Source of the DNA: Emiliania huxleyi CCMP1516 | Taxonomy: Eukaryota | Direction of reading: 5' to 3' | Assembly (NCBI RefSeq): GCF_000372725.1 | Contig: NW_005201202.1 | Coordinates: forward strand, 1 to 64,000 | DNA length: 64,000 nucleotides | Shown here: positions 35,731 to 47,300 of the stretch, piece by piece | Layout: each line of letters begins with the position of its first letter | How positions within the stretch are numbered: the stretch's first letter is position 1 | Made by a program: the position numbers and the translations under genes | Notes under the pieces: model-generated | Told to the model about the DNA's origin: nothing | Seen by the model: the letters and a program-made list of their open reading frames with translations, nothing else | The model's database searches: none

Positions 35731-36200
35731 GGAGCACTTGGAGCACTTGGAGTGCAGTTATGATATCAACCTCACATCCAGGGCCGGGGAGCTAAGAAGC
35801 GCACCCAGCGGGCCGGATGATCGGCATCGGGCTACGGGCTAGAGAGCCCTGACCCCTAGGGGGGGTGCGCGTTCGCAGGGAAAGGGCCGTAAAATAAACA
35901 CGGGTCTCCGAGGGTTAGTACCGCGCTCCAGGTTTCCCCTATAGCAGCAGAACGTCCCCTCTACTCGGAGCTAGTAAACACCAGACAAGGACACGCGACG
36001 ACACACACTCCCCCTTGGCGACGGCGTCGCCAATCACAACCCCTCCGCCCGGTCTCCCTGCCCCGGCTCCGGTGGGGTCCCCCCCCCGGTCCGTTCTCCT
36101 GTTTGCTTCTCGATGGTTGTACGGCGGGCGCGAGGCCCGACCTCCCCTCCTAGCCTTTTTCGGCTGCGGCCCCGCCGCCGTCTCGTCTTCTCTGCCTGAT
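35731..36200 (-). mobile_element. LINE family A copy
   Basis: (GGAGCACTT)2 tail; homologous to 29005-29470, including the AGP..KKARRGGRA ORF end. Confidence 0.7.
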
Positions 36201-36959
36201 TCCTGTTGACTCTGTGGAACCCGATTTTTTGATTCCTTCTTTGCTGCTCTCCTGGATCTTTTGGAGGTCGGTGCGGCGGAGGTGGAGGCGACGGAGGCTC
36301 GGCGAGCACGGCTGGGAGCGGCAGAGGATTCAGGATCGGTGCAAGCACTGATCTGAGAAGAAGGGTGGCTTTGTTTGGTCACGATCGGGACGGATGACAC
36401 GTCTGATGCAGACATGCGGTCACCCTCGATTCCTGTTTGTTGAATGTTGAAGCCCTCTTCGATGCGCAGTCGCAGGAGTGATAACCCATCGAGGTGGGAG
36501 CCGCCTGCGGCATACTGAATCCTCCACCGGTGACACGAGCCGACTCGTCCCGCTCCTCGAGCGGCTCGTTCACCTTCCCAGCCACGCCCTGCACAGCAGC
36601 ATGGCCATCCTCCTCCTCCTCCTCCTCCTCACTGTAGTTGTCCCACCCGTCGTCGGAGTCGTCGCCACGGCGCTCGAAGCGGCACTAGAGCTCCTCTTCC
36701 TCTGCTTCCTCTGCTATCTGCTGCGCCAGCACTGCCTCCCACTCAGGGTCGGCAGCAGAGCCAGCATCGCTTTGAGTAGAGCAGCGCATTGCCACGTCCT
36801 CGTCGCAGAGCTCCACCGCGGCGAGAGACGTGGTGACAATGGCGATCGACGTGCCAGCGGCGCGGCTGGCAACGCCAGCATCACCGCCGCGCACCGCGGC
36901 GTGGGGCGCAGCAGCGTGCCGTTCGGCCATCGTGTTACGACATCCGACCTGCGAGCTAC

Positions 36960-37140
36960 GCGCCGCGCTGGACATCGGACAAGTGGTCCACACGCTGAAC
37001 AGAATGTTCAATCTCAATGTCCCACCCCCTTGCGCGCGGGCCTTCTAGGCCCGCGGGTAGTCTCCCCCCATCCCCAGGGCCTCCAGGGCTCGCACCTCAA
37101 CCTCTCATAGACCAGCGCAAAGCGCCATAGGACGTATTTT
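36960..37140 (+). mobile_element. SINE-like family D copy, inverted relative to 35063-35290
   Basis: Direct sequence comparison. Confidence 0.7.
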
Positions 37141-37462
37141 CACATGGCTTTTTCCGGGAGAGCCTCGCTCCCTTTAAATAAATAAAGAAAAGGGGCACGC
37201 CAAACGAGGGGTGGGAGAAGGACAGGGTCCCCACCTGCACGAGCAGGATCTTGTAAGGACGATCAGGGACACAGGGGAACGGGAGCGGGGAGCTCCCTTT
37301 CCACCGGGCGGTTGTGTGGGTTTCTTCCGTTCGGCCGTGTTCTCGTCGACCGACCATGATCGCGGCGGCGGAGGGGAGCAGGGGCGGCGCCAGAAAACCA
37401 CTCACGCGAAAAAAAAATCTGCCCGTCCTCGCGCGATTTCTTTCTCACGCCAACACCACACC

Positions 37463-38984
37463 ATGACCGACCATCAGAGCACTTGCACTTCCGCCGCCCT
37501 CGCCCGTGTCCGAGTCGCGCCTGACAACAACTGCCTCTTCACGACGGCCGCGTATCTGTGCGAGGACCTCACCTCCGAGCTCGACCTGCGCGCGGCCGCG
37601 CGCCGCCTGCGCGCCGCCTGCGCCGACAGCGTCAGCGCCGACCCGGACCCCGACACGCGAGCCCTCCTACTCGGCCACGACAGCGTGGCCGACTACGGCG
37701 CGTGGATCCGCGTGGAGACGCACTGGGGCGGCGAGCCCGAGATCCTGATGCTCGCGCAGCACTACAATGTCCAGATCGTGCTCGCGTCGTGTGAAACACT
37801 CCGCTGCTCGACATACTCGGCCGACGCGCCGACGGCGAGCGTGTTCGTGCTCTACACAGGGCAGCACTACGACCCGCTGGTGGGACAGCCCGCTGCTAGC
37901 GACGCCGGCGCGAGCCCGCTGCGCCGCCTCCCGCTCGACGCCGGCGTTCGCCTCGCGGCGAGCGCGATTGAGATTGCGAGGGCGCACAACGCCGAGGCGG
38001 AGCGGAGGAAGCTGGAGCGGCGCGTGAAGAGGATCAAGTGCGGCGGGTGCGGCGCGATCGTCGCCGACAACGCCGCCTTCCAGGCGCACTGCACCGAGGT
38101 GGAGCACGACGACGACTTCACGTACGAGTGCGAGCAGGTGAGGCTGCGGGAGTCTCTCCTCGCGCCGCTCTCCTCCTGCTCCTCCTCCTCTGCGCCTCCT
38201 CTCCTCCTCGGCTCTCCTCCATCTCCTCGCTCTCTCTCCTCCCTCTCCTCCTGTCTTCGCCCCTCTCCTCCGCTTCCCCTCTCCTCCTCTCCACTTGAGG
38301 CGACCTGGCGAGGCGACCTGGCGAGGTGCCCGCAGGTCGAGCTCGTGCCAGGAGATATGGGGAGATATGGGGAGATATGGCGAGGTGCCCGCAGGTCGAG
38401 CTCGTGCTGGGCGAGGGCGACGAGCTCCCCGACGGCCACGTCGACCTCGAGTCGGAGGGCGAGCACCCACTCCCCACCGCGCGCTCTCCTGGCAAGGGCT
38501 CGTTCCCCAGACTCAGCACGAGGCGGTAGGCGTGCACGCCTTCTACAACGCCCTCTCGTCGGAGGCGCTCTCGCTCTCGATGCGCTGCACGCTCGCCCCC
38601 TTCGAGCTCGACGGGAAGAGGTACCCCACCCTCGAGGCGGCCATCACCGCCGACGCCGTCGCCGACCTCCCCTCCTCCGAGCAGCGCGCCGCAGCGGTGC
38701 TGTCGGCGGTGCGTGCGCAGTACGCCTCCGAGGCGGCCGAGGGCTCGGGCCTGGCGGCGCACCTCCTTGCGACGGGAGACAAGCTGCTCGCGTGCGTCGA
38801 CCTCAACCCGTGGCTCGGCATCCAGGCGCGGGGCGGGAGGGGGGGGGGGAGGGGGAGAGGCGGGGCGAGAGGATCCACGCCCTCTCCGCGCCCCCAGGCG
38901 GGCGACGGCATCTCGACGGGCGAGAACCGGCTCGGCAAGGCGCTGATGGCGGTGCGGGACGAGCTGCGCGCGGCGCGCGGGTAG
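37463..38984 (+). CDS. OTU1/YOD1-like deubiquitinase with C2H2 Zn finger fused to a NADAR-like domain; four exons
   Basis: PDNNCLF, WGGEPEI, YTGQHYD, KCGGC..FQAHC; then FELDGKRYPTLE...LLATGD...GENRLGKALMAVRDEL. Confidence 0.8.
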
Positions 38985-39412
38985 GTCGGGCCGCGACTTC
39001 TCGGCAGCCGAGTCTTGCCTTTTTATCACCGCAGCGACGAGGAGTCGCTGTAGAGGGGGAGGCCACGAGCCACGCCCCCCCAGGCCCACACCGCGCGCCG
39101 CACGTGCGATTTGGGAGACTTTTGCGCTGGGGTCCGCCCACGCCCCATGGCATGCGACTTGCGAGATGCGAGATCTCTCTTTTGTTTTTTCGTGGAGGGG
39201 AAGAGACTTTGCAACCCTCTTTGCGGCAAAAAAAAACGCCCGTGGCGGAGCCGGAGGGGGACCGCGCCGGCTCGTTTCGCACACTCTCACGCGCACTTGG
39301 CGGTCACACATAAAACGCAAAGACGTCACGTATCCATGTGGCGGCGTAGACAGGGCACACCGCGTATGCTGTATCTTGTACGTGCATGGTCACGCTCTGG
39401 TTGTCGTCAAGC

Positions 39413-42400
39413 TCACGGTGCAGGCGGCGCCGCTCGGACTGCGCCGAGCAGCGCTGCGGTCTCCGACCCGGACAGCTTTGGCAGCACGCCCAAGAGTAGC
39501 TGGCTGAGCGTGGATCTCCCCTGCGTATCAGTGGCCGCGCCGCCGGCGCAGAGAGAGCGCAGAAACGCGCCCGCCTCCTGCTGCACCACCTCCGGCTCGG
39601 CCGGCTCCTCCTCCACCTCCGCTTCATCCCAATCGTCCCAACCGTCCGCTTCATCTTCCGCCACCGCCTCGAAACCCACTTGCGCTGCAGCTGGCAAGCC
39701 GGATGTCCCTTTCTCGCCCCAGTCAGCCCCGGAGGCCATGCCATCGCTTGCGCCGCCCACAATCGCATCTCGCAGCTGCGCTCGGAGCGAATCTGGCGAA
39801 GGCACCGCGGTATTGGCATGCCCCTTCACCACCTCGGCCTCGCAGTCAACCTGCGAGTCGCGCAAGAGCAAGGCGGCAATCGCGCGCAGCAGCTCCAAGA
39901 GTGTCGCTGAGCTATGCATCTGTGGCAGCCGGTGGCAAATGATGAGTAGATGGCGCAGCGCAAACGACGAGAGCAGCGGCGACGAGAGCAGCCACACCAT
40001 CACGCAGAGCACCGACTGGCCGCTCTCGGCGCACCGCTCGTCATTTGTGAGCAAGACGTCGACCGCTTCGAGAAGTGGGAGCAGCAGCGGCGGGTCGCGC
40101 ACGGTGAGACGGAGCGAGGAGAGCACGTACAGGAGCATCTCGGAACCCTCAGTGCGCTCAAGCCCCTCGCACACCGCGGGGAGCTCCGCGTGGACGGCGG
40201 TGAGTAGCGACGACGCAATGAGCCGCGCGTGGGCTGTGTCGCGTCCGGAAACAATCGGGGCGGGGAGCGCGCGGCGGCCGGAGGCAGCCACGGGCGAAGG
40301 TGGGTGCTGCGATGGCGATGTGTCCGATGATTGGCGGTCGCCAGCCTCGTCCCGCAGCAGCCCCTCGAGGCTCCTGTCGGGGTGCGCCTGCGCCGAGACC
40401 TCGAGTAGCGCGCGAGAGAGGAGGGCCGTGTGAGTGGCGCGGCGCTGCGGAGAAAGTGCGAGGTCTGAGCGAAAGGTGCCCAGCAGCCTTGCGAGGAGCT
40501 GCATTCCAACCACCACCACCTTGTCCGACGTCGCGGCGGCTACCACATCAGACACCGGACCGAGCAGCTCGGGAAGGAGCGCGCGCACCCGCTGTGGAAG
40601 CGCCAGCGGCGCCGTCGGCCGTGGCACGTCCGATGGCCGAGTGTCCTCCGAATGCTGTGCGTGATTGAGTGCCAGGAGGAGGGTGGAGGCGCCGACCCAG
40701 CACGGCAAAGAGTCGACGAGCGGCAGAAAGCTGGCCCACAGCCCCTGTAGCACCGGCAGGTCGGCGGCGAGAGCCACCTCTGTGAGCGGCCGTAGCAGCT
40801 GGTCTGCCATGCGCCGCACCTCGAAACGGCGATCCGCAAAGCACTGAGTCACCTGCAGCAGAGAGAGCTGCAAGCACGTGCCAAACGGGACCCAGTTGAG
40901 CGCTCGCGCCCACTCCTCCGCCTCGCGCTCCGCGTTTGTGCCATCGCACTCCCAGACCCACCGATCCGCGCTGCTGTCGGCGCAGGGTAGCGGCACCTCG
41001 CTCGGCGCGGCCAGCGTCGACCTCGCTGGCGGAGTCGGCAACGAAAACGCGTTGGTGGCACAAAGGATCGCGGGTGGTGGGTCTTGTCTGAGCAGGTACA
41101 GGAGCGATTGCGGTGCTTCAACCGTGGCCGCCGGCGCCGGCGCTGGACTGAGGAAGGACCGGGGCGTCGCTGCCGTGTCGAAAGAGGCGCGACGGGCACG
41201 TAGAGGGCTCGTCGCTCCCGCCTCGCGCGAGGTCGTGACGGGCACTTCCTCCGCCGCGGCCTCGTGCTGCCCCCGCACAAAGTCGTAGACCAGCTCCAGC
41301 GCCAGAAGCCGCCCCTCGCGGCTCTGCCATGACAGCTGCCTCTCGCTAACGGCCTCGAGGCGCGGCTTCGGATGACACAAAGCCGCATCGCTCTCGGCCG
41401 TTGAGGCGGCGGCTAGCGGCCAGCGAGCAGTATGCGGTGCGGTAGACGAGGCAGGCGAGCAGGCGGCCACGCCGAGCGAGGCTCCGCTTGAGGCCCCGTT
41501 GGAAGGGCTGTGGGAGGGGCCGGCGGGCGACGGCGATGGCGTGGTCGGGTTGAGCCGGGAGAGAGAGGTGGAGTCGACGTGCCAGCCAGCGGAGATGGAC
41601 TGCAGCATCAGTCGCACGAGGATGGGGTGGAGCCGCGTCGGCGCCGCGTCGAGTGCCGCACGGAAGAGTGCTGAACAGGCCTGGCGGACTGTCGACGCCG
41701 TGTGGGACAGGTAGGCCTCTAGCACGGGCCAGACGCGTCCCCAGTTCCGAAGCACAAAGCAGGGCGGCAAGCCGGGGAGCACAGCCGCAGCAAGGCTGAG
41801 CAGACCCTCCGCCTCGAAAGCGGACAAGTGCCCCACAGTCCCAGCCGACGGCGGGCGCGTCCACGGAGGCCCCCCTGCGTAGAGCGTGGCGGCGAGCGAA
41901 GCGGCCGAGTCGGACGCCCGCCGGATGCTGAGAAAAGGGTCGCCGTCGGGGTTGGGCGAGCGTGCCAGGGCCTCGAGCTCGAAACGGCCCGCCGGGGACA
42001 GAGGCGAGGAAGGCGAGAGCGACTCCACCGAAAGCGTCTCTAGACCTTCCCCGGGGATGCCTGTCCGGCTGCAATCTTCCCACTTGCTGCGCGCCTCTGC
42101 CGGCAAGAAAGCCTCGTCATGCCGGTCAAGCGGTGCGGACGGCAGGCGCTGCGACACCGGGTCCGAGGGGGCACCGCTAGCCAGCCGGTTCATCACCTCG
42201 ACAAAGACGCCATCGGAGGCACCAGACGCGTCAAGGGCCGCGAGGAAAGCGGAGCGCGCCGTCTCTCGCACAGAAATTTGCGGGTGCGCGAGCAGGCGGT
42301 ACAAGGTCGGCCGCAGCGCATCGTAGCGACCCGCCTCGAGGAGAGCGTCGGCGGGCTTCGACGCGCGGATCATTGCCGTGATGCCGAGCATCAGCCCCTC

Positions 42401-42856
42401 GAGCGCTTTCCACTGCGACCCATGCTGCTGCGGCGGCACCCGAGGAGCAGTCGATCCCCAGGACGGCCCGCTCGCGCCCGCCGGGGTCGAGCGCGGTGGC
42501 GGTTCAGAGTGACGGCGCAAGAGCGGCCGAGGAAGCGCGTCGACACGACCGCCAACTGTTGGCGTCGCGTCCACCAAGTCCGGTCCTCCTGCTGCAGGGC
42601 CTCCCTCCAGCAGCAGCTCTTCCGAGAGGGAGAGGAGGTGAGCGTGGAAGAGGACCAACTGCGGGGGCGACAGTAGAGGAGGGAGGAGGCGGCCCACGGC
42701 GGCGGCCGCCGCCTTTCGGATCGCCGACCAGGCGTCGGTCAGCGCCGTGACGAGCAGGTGAGCGAGCAGAGCCAGGGAGCCAGGCGTGAGGGGCTCGGTG
42801 GCAAGCCAGCGGTACACGGCTCGAAACGCCTCCTCGCGAACGAGAGGCCGGTTCAT
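39413..42856 (-). CDS. Large HEAT/ARM-repeat protein (5' end may extend to ~43430)
   Basis: 1147-aa ORF with HEAT-like motifs LTDAWSAIRKAA, HPQISVRE, HTASTVRQ, DRRFEVRR. Confidence 0.65.
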   Translation of the reverse strand: MNRPLVREEAFRAVYRWLATEPLTPGSLALLAHLLVTALTDAWSAIRKAAAAAVGRLLPPLLSPPQLVLFHAHLLSLSEELLLEGGPAAGGPDLVDATPTVGGRVDALPRPLLRRHSEPPPRSTPAGASGPSWGSTAPRVPPQQHGSQWKALEGLMLGITAMIRASKPADALLEAGRYDALRPTLYRLLAHPQISVRETARSAFLAALDASGASDGVFVEVMNRLASGAPSDPVSQRLPSAPLDRHDEAFLPAEARSKWEDCSRTGIPGEGLETLSVESLSPSSPLSPAGRFELEALARSPNPDGDPFLSIRRASDSAASLAATLYAGGPPWTRPPSAGTVGHLSAFEAEGLLSLAAAVLPGLPPCFVLRNWGRVWPVLEAYLSHTASTVRQACSALFRAALDAAPTRLHPILVRLMLQSISAGWHVDSTSLSRLNPTTPSPSPAGPSHSPSNGASSGASLGVAACSPASSTAPHTARWPLAAASTAESDAALCHPKPRLEAVSERQLSWQSREGRLLALELVYDFVRGQHEAAAEEVPVTTSREAGATSPLRARRASFDTAATPRSFLSPAPAPAATVEAPQSLLYLLRQDPPPAILCATNAFSLPTPPARSTLAAPSEVPLPCADSSADRWVWECDGTNAEREAEEWARALNWVPFGTCLQLSLLQVTQCFADRRFEVRRMADQLLRPLTEVALAADLPVLQGLWASFLPLVDSLPCWVGASTLLLALNHAQHSEDTRPSDVPRPTAPLALPQRVRALLPELLGPVSDVVAAATSDKVVVVGMQLLARLLGTFRSDLALSPQRRATHTALLSRALLEVSAQAHPDRSLEGLLRDEAGDRQSSDTSPSQHPPSPVAASGRRALPAPIVSGRDTAHARLIASSLLTAVHAELPAVCEGLERTEGSEMLLYVLSSLRLTVRDPPLLLPLLEAVDVLLTNDERCAESGQSVLCVMVWLLSSPLLSSFALRHLLIICHRLPQMHSSATLLELLRAIAALLLRDSQVDCEAEVVKGHANTAVPSPDSLRAQLRDAIVGGASDGMASGADWGEKGTSGLPAAAQVGFEAVAEDEADGWDDWDEAEVEEEPAEPEVVQQEAGAFLRSLCAGGAATDTQGRSTLSQLLLGVLPKLSGSETAALLGAVRAAPPAP

Positions 42857-44392
42857 GTCGGCAGCGCATGCACGAGATAATGAGAGGGGACTCCATTCGC
42901 GGTCGCCACTGAACGCTCCGCACCCCTCACCGCCTGCGCCCGACCTGCTCAGCAGCTCGGCTAGGGCCGAGATGCCGTCGCCCGCTGCGGCGCCGTCGAT
43001 TCGGATGGCGTTGAGGTCGACAGGGCGCAGCGTTGCGTCGAGAGCCTGGAATGGGTCAGGAGGGAGAGCTCAGTGTCTCGACCGCAAGCGCAAGCCAGCG
43101 CGTCCGACCCTCATCTATCGCCAACAAGCAAGGCCTTCTTCGACGTGCATTGCTCGCGCGCATCTAGAGCTTCACCGATGGGTCGAAGACGGCGCCTCCG
43201 TGTGTGGACCACCCGAAGTCGAACGCCAGGAGGCGCGCGACGGCCAGAGGCGTCGCCTCCGCTGGCTGAGCTGCCGCGGCAGGGTCATGCAAAAGGCGGC
43301 GCACCACGGCGCGAGTCGCCTCAACGTCGGCCGAGGGGCTCGCTGGCAAGTCTCGCCGGCCGCGGACCGGACTGACGACGCGCGAGGAGGGGAGAGAGAC
43401 GGCGAGCGCCGGCGCACGCGGGACCACCATTAAGCGTTACAACGTTGGCCGGCAGACGCATTTACAACAAAACTCCCCAACCCTGGGCACGGGCGCGCAC
43501 GCCAGAAACAAAAACAAACTTTCGAGCGCCCACAAGTTCACGCTCCCTGTTTCTTTATGATCATTTGGCCATGTAAACATTCGACACCCCTGGCCAGAAA
43601 GGCACCTCCGCACTTGGACAGGGTGGCCCGCCCCAATCGACCCCTGAGCCCTGCCTGTTTGTTAAGTGCACGTATGTTGTAGGCTTGTTGTAGGCTTGTT
43701 CTCTATGTTGTTGGGAAAACAAGTTAAGTGACTCGTTCGCTTTCACCACCCACTGTGATTTTGTGAGCTCTGTGTCTTGATTTGCCAACAAACAACCTAC
43801 ACATTACACCCCCTACGACCGTGGCGCGTGGGTCGACAAGGGAAAAGAATTTTACAAGAAATCAAAGCTCCCTCGCACGACACTGGGCACGGGACGGCGC
43901 GCACTGGGAAAACAGAAACGCGGCGGCTGTAGGAGTTAGGCAGCTGCAGCCACCCACGGCCTATCGGCTATCGGCCGGCGACACCTAGGCGAGGGCGGCG
44001 GCGAGGGCGGCGGCGGCGAGGGCTGGGGCGAGTGTCAGATGGAGCCCAGCTGGGCTTTCCGACCTGCTCATCAACAGTGGGAAAAGAATTTAAACAAAAC
44101 AACTCTCTCTCACAGCAGACAGGCTCGACACAGGTGCGGACTGGCGCGTTGATTGATTGATGGGAAGGCGAAACACAGTCCGACCAACGACTGGGACACC
44201 AACGCGGTATGGGTGGACGCAAGACGGGCGATGACGGTCACACAGGAGCGACACCAGAACCACAAAACAAGACACTCTCTGGCGCGTACCAGCGGGAAAA
44301 GAAACGGATGCCCCGCTCTCCCCACGCCGGGCGCTCGCCTCTCCCCCGCCGGATCAGCCCGCGCCGGGCGCTCGCCTCTCCGATACCCCGCG

Positions 44393-47300
44393 ATGGAGCT
44401 GTCCGACCTGCTCATCAACCCGTCTAACTTGCAAACCGGTCGGATCTGGACGACCAAGAGCCGGCCTTCTGCGACAGACGGCCTGCTCTTCACCCTTGGG
44501 CTGCAGCAGCAGAGGCGCGGCGGCAACGCGTTCGTACAGGTGGCCTTCAACTGCCGCTGCGACACGGTCGCCGCCCTCGACGAGCACGGGCAGGTCATCT
44601 CCTTCGACCTGGAGCACAACCGCTACGCCGTGCTCAAGCGAGGCGGCTCTGCCGGCGTCGCCCTCGCCTTCTCCTCCACCCTCTCGCACGAACTCTTTGT
44701 GGCGCTCGAGGACGGGCTCGTCGAGGCGCTCGACGCCGCCAAGCGGGCGGCGGTGGGGCTCGAGACGTCTCGGGACGCCGAGTCGCAGGCGCAGTACCAG
44801 GCGCCGGGCGCCGTCCTCCGCGGCCACCGCGGGCCGGCCCACACGCTCGCCTGCCACCCGTCGGCGCCTCTACTGCTCGCCTGCTCGGCCGACCTCGTCT
44901 CTCTGTGGGAGAGCCGCGCGCTGCGCCGCGTGGGCACGCTGGCGGCGGGCTCGCCTCCGGGCGCGGCGCCGACGGAGCCCTTCGTGAGCGCCGCCCTCTC
45001 TCCGAGCGGAGGCCACGTCCTCACCTGCCTCCCTCACGCGGTGGTCGTCTGGCGCTCGGCCGACCTCGGCGAGACGGCGACGTACAAGCTGCCGCCCTCG
45101 CACGCGTCGGTGCCGCTGTGCTCGGTCACCGTCGACGGCAGCGGCTCGCACGCCGTCGGGGCGGGCGCAGGCGGCCTCCTCGCGCTGTGGTCGCTTCGCT
45201 CCCACCTGCTGCTCAAGCTGCTCGAGGTGCCGGGCGGCTCCGCCATCTCGCAGGCGGCCTGGCTCCCTGCGCCGAGGCAGGAGCGGCTGGCGCTCGTGTG
45301 CGCGGACGGCGCGCTCCGCTTCGTCGTCCCGTCCGCGGACGAGGTTGTCGGCACGCTGCGGCCGCGGGGGGGGCGCGGAGGCGGGTGCGGCTTCCGCAGC
45401 GTCGCTGCCGACCCGCTCGGCCGCGCCATCGCCGCCGTCTGCTCCGACGGGCGGATCGCCCTCTACTCGCTCGAGGGAGGGAGCGGTGGCGCGGGTGGCG
45501 GCGGCGTGGGCGGCGGCGGTGTGGGCAGCGCGTTGCGTCGTGAGCCGGAGTGGGCTCAGCGCGAGTGGGCTCAGCGCGACGGGTCACGGCGGGACGGGGA
45601 GCGGCGGGACGGGGAGCGGCGGGCACCAGAGCGGCGGGCACCAGAGCGGCGGCAGCGAGGGCAGCGCGAGCCGGTGCCGCGCCGGGCGGCGCCNNNNNNN
45701 NNNNNNNNNNNNNNNNNNNNNNNNNNNNNNNNNNNNNNNNNNNNNNNNNNNNNNNNNNNNNNNNNNNNNNNNNNNNNNNNNNNNNNNNNNNNNNNNNNNN
45801 NNNNNNNNNNNNNNNNNNNNNNNNNNNNNNNNNNNNNNNNNNNNNNNNNNNNNNNNNNNNNNNNNNNNNNNNNNNNNNNNNNNNNNNNNNNNNNNNNNNN
45901 NNNNNNNNNNNNNNNNNNNNNNNNNNNNNNNNNNNNNNNNNNNNNNNNNNNNNNNNNNNNNNNNNNNNNNNNNNNNNNNNNNNNNNNNNNNNNNNNNNNN
46001 NNNNNNNNNNNNNNNNNNNNNNNNNNNNNNNNNNNNNNNNNNNNNNNNNNNNNNNNNNNNNNNNNNNNNNNNNNNNNNNNNNNNNNNNNNNNNNNNNNNN
46101 NNNNNNNNNNNNNNNNNNNNNNNNNNNNNNNNNNNNNNNNNNNNNNNNNNNNNNNNNNNNNNNNNNNNNNNNNNNNNNNNNNNNNNNNNNNNNNNNNNNN
46201 NNNNNNNNNNNNNNNNNNNNNNNNNNNNNNNNNNNNNNNNNNNNNNNNNNNNNNNNNNNNNNNNNNNNNNNNNNNNNNNNNNNNNNNNNNNNNNNNNNNN
46301 NNNNNNNNNNNNNNNNNNNNNNNNNNNNNNNNNNNNNNNNNNNNNNNNNNNNNNNNNNNNNNNNNNNNNNNNNNNNNNNNNNNNNNNNNNNNNNTTAGCG
46401 AGAGGCAGCTGTCATGGCAGAGCCGCGAGGGGCGGCTTCTGGCGCTGGAGCTGGTCTACGACTTTGTGCGGGGGCAGCACGAGGCCGCGGCGGAGGAAGT
46501 GCCCGTCACGACCTCGCGCGAGGCGGGAGCGACGAGCCCTCTACGTGCCCGTCGCGCCTCTTTCGACACGGCAGCGACGCCCCGGTGGTTGCTCAGTCCA
46601 GCCGGGTCGGCGGAGGCCGCGGCAGCAGAGCTGCTGTGGCGGCGGAGGAGAGAGGCGCCATACTGCGTGCGCCCACACGCGCTGACGGGCGTCCTCTCTC
46701 TGCGCCGCCTCTAGGCTCGGTCGGAGAGGCTGGCGGAGCGAGCTCGAGAGGAGGAGGCGGAGGAGGCGCGCGCTCACGCGCAGAGGCTGCGTGGCCTCGA
46801 GGCTGCGCTGCGCGAGGTCGACGCGCAGGCGGCGAGGGAGGCGGAGGCGAGGGAGGCGGAGGCGAGGGAGGCGGAGGCGAGGGAGGCGAGGGAGGCGGGA
46901 GAGGCGTGGGCGAGGGAGGCGGAGCCTCGAGCCGCGGAGCAGCACGCCCGCTTGGACGCGCCTCCTCGGCCCTTCCGCGAGCGTCTCGCGGCGGAGGAGC
47001 CTCGACTGTCGCCGAGCCATCGCGATTGGGCAGAGGCAGGCTGCGGCGGCGTGATAGCGGCAAGCCACGCCGCCGAGGCTGAGCATGAGGCTGCTGAGGA
47101 GGCGGGGCTGGAGGTGGGGGCAGAGCCGGCGGCGGGCGGGAGGCGCGCGCGGCGCGAGGCCGCGGGGGTGGGGGCGTCGGCCCGCGAGGCGGCGGGCGCT
47201 GAGCTGCGGCGGTTGCGCGAGGAGCTCGCCGCTTCGGAGGCGGTCCGTGCCGCCGAGCTGGCGCGGATCCGCCTCGCTGAGGAGGTGGAGAGCGAGCGAG

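Noticed and set aside
45345..46714. ORFs spanning the N run
   Set aside because: Artefacts of the assembly gap
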